A DNA stretch of 64,000 bases from Trichosphaerium sp. ATCC 40318 (lineage: Eukaryota > Protista > Tubulinea), in assembly GCA_038496445.1 (NCBI GenBank), contig JALMLS010000328.1, positions 64,071-128,070 of the forward strand, read 5' to 3'. The first letter of the stretch is position 1. Every line of letters starts with the position of its first letter. Below are positions 10,848 to 23,022 of the stretch, in pieces. Below the pieces are notes generated by a model, which did no database searches, was not told the DNA's origin, and saw nothing but the letters and a program-made list of their open reading frames with translations. The translations under genes and the position numbers were made by a program.

Positions 10848-11666
10848 ATGGACCATAACACAACAGATCTTATTAAACTGCCAGTGGAAGTAATCGTTCA
10901 TATCCTGAAACAAGGATCTTTTACACTCCGTTCAGCACAAACATGCCAGTTATTGCGAGATATCGTTCACAACCATGTTGGATACGGGCTAATAGAGGTT
11001 AAAAGTGATAGGAAAATACCTCTTCTTTCTGGAAGCCCTTTACTTCAAAATACCTCTATTTCTACTATTTTGATTAAAGAAGATATCAATGACACTCACT
11101 TGCACTTACTGGAGGGTGTACACACTATTGATGTACAACGAACCCAAATTACTGATTACGGTTTGAAGGCTATGGCTGGAGTCCATTCAATTGACTTGTC
11201 ATACTGTAACCTCATAACAGATGATGGCGTCATATCTTTGGCTGGAGTTCATAACATCAACTTGTCATATTGCCGCACAATAACTGGCAAGGGTGTCAAG
11301 GCATTAGCTGGAGTTCATACGATTGCCTTAACAAGTTGTTATCTTGTGTCAGATGAGGGCATTATGGCTTTGGCTGGTGCTCATACCATTAACTTATCCT
11401 ATTGTCCCATAACAGATAAGGTTCTGAAGGCATTGGCTGGTGCCCATACAATTGACTTGTCACGTTGCTATCCTATAACAGATGAGGGTCTGAAGGCTTT
11501 GGCTGGAGTTCATACAATTAACTTGTCATATAGTCGTCATGTTACAGATGAAGGTCTGAAGGCTTTGGTTGGAGTTCATACAATTAATTTGACACGTTGT
11601 GCTAATGTGACAGACGATGGTATTATGTTATTGGCTGATGCACACAGTTATATTGCGATATCGTAA
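10848..11666 (+). CDS. Intronless F-box-like + LRR (ALAGVHTI) protein
   Basis: ATG at 10848, LPVEVIVHIL, ~8 LRRs; a degenerate repeat (KALAGVHTL) continues out of frame after the stop. Confidence 0.9.
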   Translation: MDHNTTDLIKLPVEVIVHILKQGSFTLRSAQTCQLLRDIVHNHVGYGLIEVKSDRKIPLLSGSPLLQNTSISTILIKEDINDTHLHLLEGVHTIDVQRTQITDYGLKAMAGVHSIDLSYCNLITDDGVISLAGVHNINLSYCRTITGKGVKALAGVHTIALTSCYLVSDEGIMALAGAHTINLSYCPITDKVLKALAGAHTIDLSRCYPITDEGLKALAGVHTINLSYSRHVTDEGLKALVGVHTINLTRCANVTDDGIMLLADAHSYIAIS

Positions 11667-12185
11667 TCTATCAGCTAAAGTAATAAAGGCTTTAGCTGGT
11701 GTACATACTTTAAAGTTTACCTGAAGGTTAGAAGTTTGTTAGTGTTCGCACTAGTACTTTAGCAACTACAGCAACTGAAGAACTCAAAGGGTGTCCTGGT
11801 ATTGATTGATGTACGCAAGTAATAGGAACTAGAAACAAAAGAAGTCATTAAAATTTTTAGTTTACATTTAGTTGCATTGAATAAATTGTACAAAACGACT
11901 TTAGCCGAAAACTGTTCAACTTCACCAAAATTAGGAGTGCTTCTTTCTCACCATTATTTGAACCTATGTCGCGTACTAACCACTACGCTATACAAAACGT
12001 ATTAACACACTCACTCTGGAGTATGGTGGAACCTTATACGACACCTACTTAATCTATTGTCCAGGCCTTTTAGTTCTACTAGCTCTCTATATACTTACAG
12101 TGCCTCTACTAAAAAAAGGATTTATCACGTGAGATGCTGACTAAGGTAGCACAAACTGACTTAAATTTCAGTTCCTTCAACAACA

Positions 12186-12890
12186 ATGGCAGCTCCTCCT
12201 TCTACAGAACCTCTGTTTTCTAAGTCTTTTTCTTTACCTGATGGCGTAACGGGTCACCTGACAGTAACAAGCGGGGAAACTACAACAATCGAGCTCGTTT
12301 TGCCTGAGCATACATGGTCCAGCACAAATGAACTCCAAACACTACTTCAGTTCATCACGCGACAATCACTCATTACAGAGCTCGGAAAAGATACGCTTTC
12401 AATCATTAGGGCATCCCCGGTACGCAAACTGTCTTTTTATTGCGTAACAGCTTACATACATTTAGAACGAATATCATTTGACTTGTGATCTTCTTCAAAC
12501 GCCTATTGTGAGGCCGGCTTAACTGCCCGGTGAATGCAGCTTCTCTTCAGCATATCTTTTATTTTACACCTTTAGGTTATCTCTACACTCTCCAGAGCCC
12601 TTTACGCCCATGACGGGCCCAAAGCACTCCTGTGCACACAGTTTAATGCTATAGCTCTGTTTGACATGCTAAAGTACTTTTAGTCACACCGCTGGCCTTT
12701 CTTTTGTATTTCGTTGGTAATCTGATTTAATTCTCTATTCTGCTTTTACACGCTAAAATCAACTACACTAACTCGATTTTACCTTTCTCACTGCTTTTTA
12801 GCAACAAACTAACTTCCTAAAGGAACACCTCACTATTTCTACGTCTACGGCCATTGAACATGCTTGTAACTCAAACATTATTAGCAGGTA
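12186..12890 (+). CDS. Hypothetical multi-exon protein, 3' end unclear or truncated
   Basis: CACGTG at 12126, ATG in caacaATGG context, 78-codon exon ending at a GTACGC donor, in-frame second exon at 12576. Confidence 0.45.
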
Positions 12891-12936
12891 ATGAAACTAG
12901 ATGTCAATGAAGATAGCAAGGTCAGATTTTTGAAAT

Positions 12937-12938
<2 letters not shown>

Positions 12939-12967
<29 letters not shown>
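12939..12967. repeat. T29 homopolymer
   Basis: Read directly from the sequence. Confidence 0.9.
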
Positions 12968-13305
12968 GGTACTTCCTTTTCGTATAATCACGTGCGCAAT
13001 GAATATGTTTCCACAAGTGTAGATAGCTTTGCTATGAGGAACATTTCTTTTTTAGCTGGGACTGGACCATTTCTATATGCACTTGAGCAATACAGTAATT
13101 AAACAGATAGCAACAAATTGTCCATGAAAACGTTAACCTCAGAACCATAATCAAATTGCTGACCATTAATAGAACATATGCATATGCCGGACGACAAGTT
13201 TTATTTTCATCTGTATGATTGGTCCTGTTCCATGACATGATGTCCTCCTGTAACTTTCTGTACACGCATGTCAATCTGTAAGTCGTCTTCCATGTAAACC
13301 CCCCT

Positions 13306-13356
13306 ATATGTAATAAAGTAGGCGCTAGCGCGCTGCCTCTTGTTCTAAAAAAAAAA
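13306..13356 (+). repeat. Dispersed short repeat with A-tail, copy 1
   Basis: ATATGTAATAAAGTAGGCGCTAGCGCGCTGCCTCTTGTTCT(A10); 40/41 identical to the inverted copy at 46176-46216. Confidence 0.85.
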
Positions 13357-13462
13357 CTTCAAACGCCTATTGTGTTCAAAAAATCGATAACGCACAGTCC
13401 ACTGGAAAAAACACTTCTTAAACGAGTGACTGCTCTTGAAGAGAACGCATTCATAAAAGGGA

Positions 13463-13978
13463 TTGCTATTTTTGAGGACAGACTTCCAGCCAACGGTCCA
13501 GGCACGTGATATTTTAGAGTTTCGAAAAAAAAAAAAAAAAGTTAATTCTGAGACAGGAGGTGAGGCAAAAAACCAACAATGGGCGAGAAGACATTTCAAT
13601 ACAGTAGCAATCAACTCTATAGGATGTAGCTTAAATGATAATATTGTGACCTTACAAAAAGGAAGCTACTTGATTCAAGCATCAGCTCCTTGTTACCGTT
13701 GTGATGTCCATGTGGTGAGACTATTCAACCTTGACACTAATAATGTTATTGCTGTTGGTACAAAGGAAATCGCATCCCATGGTCCTCACTTGTGGGTACA
13801 AACAAGATCTTTTCTAAAATGCCATGTAAAGGTTGAAACACCTACAAGAGTTGTTCTACAACATTGGGTGCAAAAAGTTTCGTGTACAGCAGTCAATGCT
13901 TTTGGATACGCCATAGATGAAGATGGTCCAAGTGACTGTCTTGCTGTGTATACAGCAATGCAAATTTGGAAGTTGTAA
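13463..13978 (+). CDS. Intronless beta-sandwich protein resembling phage tail-fibre/virion C-terminal domains; start unclear
   Basis: Pattern GG..W.RR.FNT...TLQKGSYLIQASAP.Y..H..RLFN...GT...QTRS...LQH...FG...VYT..IWKL recognised from memory of marine phage proteins. Confidence 0.6.
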   Translation: MLFLRTDFQPTVQARDILEFRKKKKKVNSETGGEAKNQQWARRHFNTVAINSIGCSLNDNIVTLQKGSYLIQASAPCYRCDVHVVRLFNLDTNNVIAVGTKEIASHGPHLWVQTRSFLKCHVKVETPTRVVLQHWVQKVSCTAVNAFGYAIDEDGPSDCLAVYTAMQIWKL

Positions 13979-14148
13979 GAAATAAACATTGTCATACGTA
14001 TAACTTTGAAGCTTGTGCCACATACTTTCATCTTAGGTGATACCCTCACATGTTTTCGTTCGTTTATTTTATACATAGATTATATCAGTACTTTATGGTT
14101 GATCACCTTTATTGTTTACAAGCTGGCCTTATTCAAACTAGGTCTGAT

Positions 14149-14948
14149 TTACTCTGAGTTTCCTTTCTTAGTTTGTGTTTTACGGTGCTTGTTTACTGCA
14201 GCAATATTTTGTATTAGTCCAAAGTAAACTATTGCATTTTCTGATGTATCACTTCGTGTAGAAAAGTGTAAATACTCTCGCAGATTCTTCCTTAATTCTT
14301 CAATCGGTATGTCATGATATAACATTCTTTCAGCTGCCATTCCTTTGAGTTCATCATCAGAAAGAGGGAAATCTTCTTTATTCGCTGCAGCCATGAAGAG
14401 ATCTTTATACAAGTACTCACATAGAAGTCAGAAAACAATGAATGTAAATAGTAAAAGTACATGGTCAATTTCTTGAACTTCTCTAAAGTTATAACTTAAT
14501 GAATTAACAGCGAACCACTTCAATGGAATAAACAAGTATTGTCTAATAGCATGGTAAATATATAAGGTGTTAAGCAGTAGGTGTTGAGGTGTACCGTAGT
14601 GAATTAGACATCATGTATAACTCTGGTATTGAAAAGTCATACATGGTAAAATGATCAAAAGTCTTTGCGCTCACATTGAATTCTCTGCTTAGTGTATACT
14701 TCCCATGTATTGCCTACAGGTATTACCACGCAAATACAGGCATCATACAAGAGTCATACTTTTTTTAGTGCAGCAAGAAGTTCACCACACTCGTTTTTAT
14801 CAGTGCTATGTTTTGCCACAACTTTTTTTAATGTTGCTAAAATACTTCGTTGCATATTATCACAGAGTTTCTTTTTATGTTTCACATCTCTAATCAAACC
14901 TTCTTCTGTCCATGCTGTATCTTTCCAGAAGAAAGCCCGAATTTCCAA
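14149..14948 (-). CDS. Hypothetical multi-exon protein
   Basis: Co-oriented open exons (14754-14948, 14149-14412) with protein-like composition and GT/AG boundaries. Confidence 0.45.
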
Positions 14949-16135
14949 GTAAATGGAAATAACAATACCATAATTATACGGATTCTAAGGCAAAATTATT
15001 GATAAGCAAAAAAAACTGTTTTTATCACGTGATTTCAATTGTATAATAAAGCTCTATCACTAACCTTGCTATGACAAAAATCGACTAGGTAATAAATTGA
15101 AACTACTTGTACTTAACATAAGTAGCTAGTGATGGCTCTTATCGGCTAATTAATCGGCTACGCCGGAAGGAGCTGTTATAACAAGGAAAAAAAATATCGA
15201 CGATCCGGCTTTTTTAGCTTGCAAACGATTTGCCTTTTTTTTTTAAAGCCGGCAACAGCTAATAACACGCCGATAATATCGTTTTTCGCTATTAGCTTAT
15301 GTGCACTCATTGAACATTCTGAAAACGGTTGCAAAACGGCATATTATCCAAACATGAAGTAACCCTTAGTGCTTTAAAAGCCACGTGCCAAAAGTTGATT
15401 TGAAAAAAAATAAACTGTTTAATGAAAAATAAGCGTACTTGTGCTGTTAAACGGATATCTCTTAAATATTGTTTCTCCTCAAAGGTTCGATTTGCTTGTG
15501 GATGCAGTAAGCAAATCAGATGGTTTAACGTATATTCTTACGTTTTTTATCATTCCAGTGTTTAACAGCACGTCTGGAACCTCTACACGCTACGACGGCT
15601 AAAATTCTCTGAGAACGGCTACCGTATTTTGTTTCATTTTAGTACGCACATCTTGCTATCATTTTGAGTTGAGTTCAGTCTTTAAGACAAGCTGCAATTA
15701 AGCAACCTCGTAATTAAAAAAAAAGGTTCCCGACAAGTCAATCAATAGCTCTACACTATATTATGATTGAATGTAAAATTTGTGGTTGACAGTTTTCACA
15801 AAACGAGAACTAAAAATATTGTGTATGTCAGCCAATTGCCCTGTTTGCTGGTCACTTTGGTGAAGGCCAAATTTAATCACATGCACATCAGCCATTTTTA
15901 GATACCGTCTGTTGCTAGTATATACAATAATACAGAATTTTGTATGGATATCAGTACGTATCATTTACCATGACACCCATTAGCCATACCAGCAACTTTA
16001 AGCAGCGAAGACTTTTTGGGGATGACGCAATAACAATTCCACGCAAATCAAGAGCCTGCATTGTACAGGAGGTAGCAATGGACAGCATATCAAGATGAAG
16101 TCATAACCATAATGCACTACATACTTTTGGGGAAT

Positions 16136-17359
16136 GGGGAAGATAGAAAAGCCACGAAGTCATTACGTCACCATTGACTAAATATAGACAAATGGAAAAC
16201 TCGCAAATTTTCTGTTTTTAACATCAATTCTATTCTCATCAACGTCACCTGCGATAGATTACGAATATACACTCAATATGCTTATACATACCTTCAACAG
16301 TGAAATACAAAGTGCTAGTCCATTAAAGGGTTACAATTCAAACCACTCTCTCCGTATTTCATCAATAGTAAAACAAATAAACCAAGACAATGGTCCTATT
16401 CAAACTCTTGCAATGCCGGATGGTTACATCCTGGTTTCTATTCTTGATGAACAAGAATCTCTTGAATATGCTTTAAATGATGCGGAAGCATTGGGTAATA
16501 CACCATGTTTGCTTGTGGTAGGTTTAAGGATGGGAATGATTGTTGATGGTGAAGAGTATTTAAACCAAGCTGCGAAAACTGCTTCAAGGTTTTTGAATGC
16601 ACCTTATTATGAAACTGATAATATTAATGGTGCCATACGATATTTTAATTCTTTGCCAAAAGAAGGTACAGCCACTACCCCTCGCTAAGTTGACAACATA
16701 TCTTACACTATGTTAAGATGCTCAAACATTTGCAAGCAAATAAACAAATGATGAATCCTTGTAACTGCCGTTTGTGCTTCCCAAACTAATATTGACACTA
16801 TGTTGGAGCGGGTAGGAGTTGTAAGTTTCAATTAGATTCAAAAATAAATCACATTGTTACCATAGCTTCTACTGACATCTTCGGAAAATGCGTTTGTAAT
16901 ACTTCATTTTGTCAATCAGAAATCCAAGTATTGGTCATGTTTGATACTGCCTGGTGAATTATCAAACTGCGATGTATCAGAGGAACAAGGTCTGTCGGAA
17001 ACCAAAAAATGTGACATTTTTATGATTGAAAGAAAGCACAAGTAAAAACTTGGGTTGATTGAATAATAGAACCACAATTATTGCAAAATAATTCTAAATT
17101 GCGTTATATTGTATGCAATGATCATATAAACATATCTCCACAAACCACTTTTTTTTTTGAGCAAGAAATGAGACACTCAAAAGCGAAAACTGTTGTTTAA
17201 GATTTCAAGGAGTTGGAAGTGGTTAACCATCCGGTGGGAGCGCCTGCTGTCAGCCTTGGGAGCTGAAAATAACACCTGGAAGATTATTGTACAAGCCTTT
17301 GATCGTGGCTTGTACTGTTCTTCAATGAACAAATAATCTGTCAGTAAACTTTTTTGTTT
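16136..17359. repeat. 1.2-kb segment duplicated in inverted orientation at 31156-32385
   Basis: Near-identical reverse complement at both ends; middle (~16860-17000 vs ~31550-31660) is replaced or diverged. Confidence 0.92.
16278..16688 (+). CDS. Intronless 136-aa protein, degenerate Ras-like fold; copy A
   Basis: DGYILVS..EQESLE..PCLLVVG..APYYET resembles the Ras beta4-beta6 region; no P-loop. Confidence 0.65.
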   Translation: MLIHTFNSEIQSASPLKGYNSNHSLRISSIVKQINQDNGPIQTLAMPDGYILVSILDEQESLEYALNDAEALGNTPCLLVVGLRMGMIVDGEEYLNQAAKTASRFLNAPYYETDNINGAIRYFNSLPKEGTATTPR

Positions 17360-17652
17360 TTTCCTACGTTGAGTAAACCAGCCTGGATTATCAATCAAAA
17401 AAGAAATCGTAAGTATAGTTTCGCAAAATGCCAGCTCTGTTAGAGCTATTGGATCCAATAGTGGTAGTGCTATTCATTACTCGAGCCTGAAAAACAAAAT
17501 AACTATTGCTACCTCATTGCTTGGAATAATTCGTCTTTGAACAAAAAACAAAGTATGGTTTATGAGATACAGATAATTGATTACACAGGGTTTCTGGGTA
17601 CAACTTGATGGAATTGCATACTGAAAGAGCAAATTTCATTTTCAGTTTTTTT

Positions 17653-19146
17653 TTATTCTTCCGAGTTTTTCACACTGAGCACAAATAGTAGCACTCTTCC
17701 TGCAGATACAGCGAATACTAGAAATGCCATTGCATATAGATAGTCTATCAATACCAAAAATATTAAAATAAACGGAGGCATAACAAGCAAAATAACGGAA
17801 CGAGAAATTGTCGATCTCCGTAAATGTTCTAATTTCAAAATCGTTTCCTTTATGTTTGCGAGGTCGTCTGACATTTTAGCACCCTTTTTAAGACCTCTTA
17901 TAATTCTTGTGACATTGAAAAATGATAACAGTAACTGAGGGATTAAAACAGCAAACCACAAAGTGAGTATACAACCAGTTACAATATCTATAAAAACAAA
18001 TTAATCACAGAAATAGCCAGTAGAACAAAAAAGTCATTGGAACTTCATCTAATAATAGACTATGAACTCATATCTGTAGTATGAAGTAGCCCACACCACT
18101 ATCGATACTGGCGCAAGAAAGATACCAAAAAATAGTCAAACAAGTGAACTACGTACATCGAAAAAGAGAGGGAGAATCAACAATATAAGCTATAGTTGGT
18201 ACAGTCCATCCCATAATGAAAAAAGATGATCCGTGCATAATATACATAATCCTGAGGATGAATATTTCATGGCCAAAGACAGGACCACTTGGAAGCTTCT
18301 TTAACAACCTACAAAAGCAAAAACTGTTAGTACAAAAAAAGAAAGAAAAAAATGAGAAAGAAAAACATACACAATCAAGCGCAGCCCCATGTACGTTGTG
18401 TATACTGCATTAAAGCATGTACCAATACCAAAAAATATAACTAGTGATACTTGGGTTGTCACACGAAATCCAGAGGCTATGAGAATACTTGAAATAGTAT
18501 AAGCTTGACAAAACAAATAAGCCACTATGAGATAAAAAAACAAAAAATTGTATCGAAAGCAACTACCGGAAAGCACCGAAGGTGTACTGCATTCCACATA
18601 ACACGTGTTGTTCCTGTCATCACTTGATATTGAGTGTCATGCGAACAAAAGCGTACTTGTACTGGAGACAATAAAACTTGCTAAAATGGCGTGATTCTGT
18701 TTGATATCCAAGAACGGACGCCAATCAAAAGGAAACAGTTGATAAAGTCTGTAAACCGATACGAAAAACGTGAAGCATCCCAATAGTGCCACAAAGCTGT
18801 ATATTGTTATTACAGCAATTGAGGATGTGAAACAAGCGGTATTATCTCCATTTTCGTCAACAAGATGTAAAAGAACGCCATCACCACTCCAACTATAGAT
18901 TATCAGCTATTTAGAGCGAACCGGAGTGTTTTGCATTATGTTGATCAAGAATGAAGTGAAATCAAAAAAGGAACCAACAGTTGGTCTACAAAACAACTGA
19001 CAAGCATCATGCACCGGCGTAAAATATAGCCTTACACTCCGGAGCCACCTGAAAACGTACCCAGTGCTACAAACGCATGTGTCGTTAATACAACTCCCTT
19101 TACCACCACACTCGAGGTATAAAGGCCAATCCGTCCTACATGGCAT
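17653..19146 (-). CDS. EGF-like N-terminus + multipass (GPCR-like) membrane protein; paralog A
   Basis: ECGGKGSCINDTCVCSTG|WSGDG followed by ~7 hydrophobic segments; paralog at 36137-37548. Confidence 0.75.
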
Positions 19147-19225
19147 AGCAATTATGCACAAGCGGTGTACGCTTGCAAAAATAAATGGGAAATGGTGTCC
19201 TTACAAAATAGAAATCAAAAAGCAG

Positions 19226-19297
19226 TGAGGGCGACGTGACTCGAACACGCAACCTTCTGATCTGGAGTCAGATGCACTACCATTATGCTACGCCCCC
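19226..19297 (-). tRNA. tRNA-Trp(CCA), intronless, normal order
   Basis: GGGGGCG TA GCAT AATGGTA GTGC A TCTGA CT CCA GA TCAGA AGGTT GCGTG TTCGAGT CACGT CGCCCTC A, followed by a T5 terminator. Confidence 0.95.
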
Positions 19298-19396
19298 TGC
19301 TGGATGATTGACAAAGCGAGAAAGGGATTCCCATTATGTAACAAGTAATGAATATTGCAACTAGTTGGTTTTTATATTTATCTGGCAAATTTACGT

Positions 19397-21505
19397 TTAC
19401 ATTAAAACCCAAAATATCATAAGTGCTACGAAAGCTACTAGGATTGTTTTACGTGTAGATGGCGCGGGAGATTCACGTAGCTCTTCCAAGAACATGTCTA
19501 CCATGCTAGGTATTCTATCTTGTACATTTGGAGGTAATCGAGGTGCAAAATTGAGGTAGTTATCTACGCGCGCATTGTACTGTGGTGGGAATGGTGGGTA
19601 CAAGTTGAGAATAGGTGCTAGTGTAGGCGTTTGTTCAAGAGACCTAGAAAAGTTATCAGGTTAAAGTTTGCAGCTCTTTTGAAATACTGAGGCTTGTGGT
19701 TTTAACGCGCACCTCTTGGCCCAATCCCATGGTAATTTACTACTACACCTTGTCAATTGAACACTTGTGAGGTTTGGTAAGTGTCCAAAAGCTAAGTAAC
19801 GTGAGTATAAGGTTTAAAGGAAAAAATAAAAAGTCCACCTTTGCGGAATTTATCTATGCATTGATCTCTCGCTTTTGCATGACCACGCTTCTTTGATATT
19901 GCATTTCCTTTTATAACATCTCGTATTTTATCAATAGTACGAACCCATATTGGTGTGAGACCAGTAATATTTGCGTGAGCAAAGGAAAATGCCAAATCCT
20001 AAAATATTCCAGAAAAAAAATGAGATAAATCACAAAGTGAAGGTTCGGCTATTTTTTGTGTAAAAGTAAACGAACCTCACAATTCATAGTATCGTCAACG
20101 TGAGATAAAACTTCACGAGGAGTAACTTCAAAGTACTTTTTATGGAACTTTTTATGATAAAACGCAGCCTTCGTCAGTACCAAGCGATATCCAATAGAAA
20201 GCGCATGGCTATTATAATTGTCAGTTAAAAATAAAAAAACGAAGAAGAAGGCAACTCTACAAAAAAGAAAGGGGCTCCCTCTTCTGATTTACGTACTGAT
20301 TGGGGTTACCACTATGGTAATCTAAGTTACCTTTTGCGTTCTTACAAGATGTGGCACGAGGAAAGAAACCGACCTAAACCGTCTTAACACCACAACAGCG
20401 AATCAACCAAAACGCCAAGCAAACATAAGCCAAAAACAACTAAAATCGAAAAGCATTAACGAAGTCGCACCATACGATCTTGATGTAGATCCCACGTCTT
20501 GAATGCAAACTCTAGGTCATCACACTTTATAGTAACATCATCATCAATATTGAGAACACCTGAAGTCTTTATTTCGTCTTGAACTTTAAACTGATTGCTG
20601 AGAAGGTTCTTATCGAATTGTACAACACGGACATCCTTGCCGTTAACCTGAAGCACACATTGGTTCAACACAAACCCCAAGCTGCAAATCGCTCTTCGTT
20701 TTGAAAAACTTAAAGGTACCTGTTTCATATCACTTAAGAAATCATATGGCTTGTTTTCTGTGTCGCTCCATACGATAATATAATCTTGGACATTTGGACA
20801 TTTCGTGTAGTGTTGAATTGACTTTTTAAGCAATTTAGGACGTCTGAATGTATTACAAACAATGCTGTGTGCGAGGTCAGTACAGACTGGTAAAAAAAAT
20901 GTAAAGATACATACGTGTAGCGACCATTAATAGAGGTGGAACGAGCTACTGTATGTTTATCGCATGGCAGGCTTTTTACTTTTATCTCATCATTATGCAA
21001 TTGTAGATCACTATGTGCTAAGCATGATAGATCGTGGTGTGCGTCACTGTGCGCGTAGTTATGTTGTTGCCTAACCTAAATACTTTTTCAAAAGCAGCAC
21101 GATACATTTGACAAGAGAGCGAGAGAAAGTTAACAATACAGGTATCTTTTAAAGAATCGTTCAAGATTACTTTACGAGTAAACGTGACTACCACATAAAA
21201 CAAAATCTCGTGCTAATCTTGTAAAATTTTATACAACAAAAGTGGCACGACGCTTGTACTTGAAACGCTCAAAAAAAATAAAAAAACGTGTTTAAAGTTT
21301 TTAATTATTCTTTTGGCTTTTGTTAACATACCTTGCCTTGCAGAGGCGCTATAGCGTTATTAACCAACGGGTTTGGCGCGCTGGTAGATGTTTTTGGTAC
21401 GAACGAGAGCCCAGCCAGAAGAGCAACAACGCCTGTGAGTAGTAGAGCTACTACAAACGCGTTGAAGCTACAAATGACCACATTTGTAACCTTTTCAAAC
21501 CGCAT
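19397..21505 (-). CDS. Glycosyltransferase family 64 (exostosin C-terminal/EXTL2-like), multi-exon
   Basis: N-terminal signal anchor; motifs IIVWS, LNIDDD, FAFKTW, VLTKAAFYHKK, NCE|DL, ARDQCI. Confidence 0.85.
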
Positions 21506-21724
21506 TGCCAGTATTCTGTCGAACTAGAAACTAATTCACATATAAGCAGTGAACACTCATCTCTCAAGGCAGATGGTAAAAGCGACATCGTTTACACTAA
21601 AACACTGAGTCGGAAACAGTACATAGTACCGCTTGCTATTGCAAACAGCAACCCTCAAAAAGTTTTTTGTTACATTTCTTTGTCGAGACTTTGAGTGACT
21701 TCAAAGTAGCCGTTAAACCCACCA

Positions 21725-22583
21725 ATGGACGACTGGATTGAAGAATTTCACTTGGTAAAAGGGCTGTGGAGTAAAGTGACATGTTTAAACCGCAGTTACA
21801 TTGTTTGTTCTGAAAAAAGCGAAGATAACAACTGGCTTGTAAAGTGCGCACTAATTGATGGAACCACCGAGCTTTGGGAGACTGAGCTGAACAAAGAAGC
21901 CGTTACAGAGTTGGTGCGACGCCATTCCGCTAAAAGCAACACGTTGTTCTTATAACTAGTAGAGGAACACTTCAGATATCTCTGAAGATACAAACAAGCA
22001 GTTCTTCGAACGCATCAAGTACGTTAAACCGTTTTCAACGCTACAGCCATATTTCCGTTTCGTAGTACACCGAACTAAGTCTCACGGTAAGGGAAGCACT
22101 GGAGAACGATGATGTCTTCATTTCAACGGACGAATCTGGGAATGCTTGTGTTACAATATGGTGTAAACATGACGGAAGACAAGTCACGTATATAGTTTCA
22201 TTGCCGAGGGTAGATTTTAATGCATCTGAGAGAGTTGTAGACATGCTCTTCTCCTTAGTTGATGCGACACGTAAAACTGCACAACCACTTCCTGCACAAT
22301 CCTTAAAAGGACCGACTTTGTCCATGTATTCTCTAGGATTATCTCAAGGAACAGTACAAGCTCTTCCTCAGCACAGACATGGCCTTGGTACGCACATATT
22401 GACACAATTGATCAGTTTTTATGAGCGCTGTTTAATTTTTCATTATTAGACAAGAAATTGTTTTCTAGTGAGGTTTTAAATGCGAAGAAGCGCAAGGTGG
22501 CAAGACGCAAGGTAGGCCACAGCCTTGTGAATCCAAGAGTGCGCAGACACAAACCAAAACGCGCAAAGATAGGCGCAAAGTGA
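21725..22583 (+). CDS. PAXX: PAXX-like (XRCC4/XLF paralog) NHEJ factor, 4 exons
   Basis: Head domain YIVCSE...DGTTELWETELNKEAVTEL...FERIKEALE; C-terminal RRKVGHSLVNPRVRRHKP resembles the PAXX Ku-binding motif (GESLINP). Confidence 0.7.
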
Positions 22584-23022
22584 TTAACGTTACCTGGTGC
22601 GGAAATCATTCGGCCTAAACAACTGTAAAATAAAGTGTAAAACAAGAAAAACAACCCATTAACTCCCGTTGTGTTTAAATGACGAGTCTCTTATCTACTG
22701 CGGCGTTTTGCGTTGTGGTACATTATTTAGTATTCTGTTCATGCTTGCTTATGCCGTTTTTTTTTGCTCTGAACACACAAATTCATCTATTTGATTGTAC
22801 GGCGCTGTCCGCGTGTGTTTTGAACGTTTAATACAAGCTCGTAAGAAAATAGATGACTTTGTTCAAACACTGGCAGTTACTGTTATGCACTGCAAGGGTA
22901 CCGACTTTTAGCGATTGAGTTGTACCTAGCCAATTTATATCACACTCTCTGGATTGAGCATTTAGCACCAACCAGAAGTTAACCAAAAGGACCACCCCCT
23001 TCAACGTGGAGTAGTCACCTGC

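Noticed and set aside
15135-15280. Possible MITE (TTATCGGC...GCCGATAA)
   Set aside because: Only 8-bp inverted ends, no TSD and no second copy in the window
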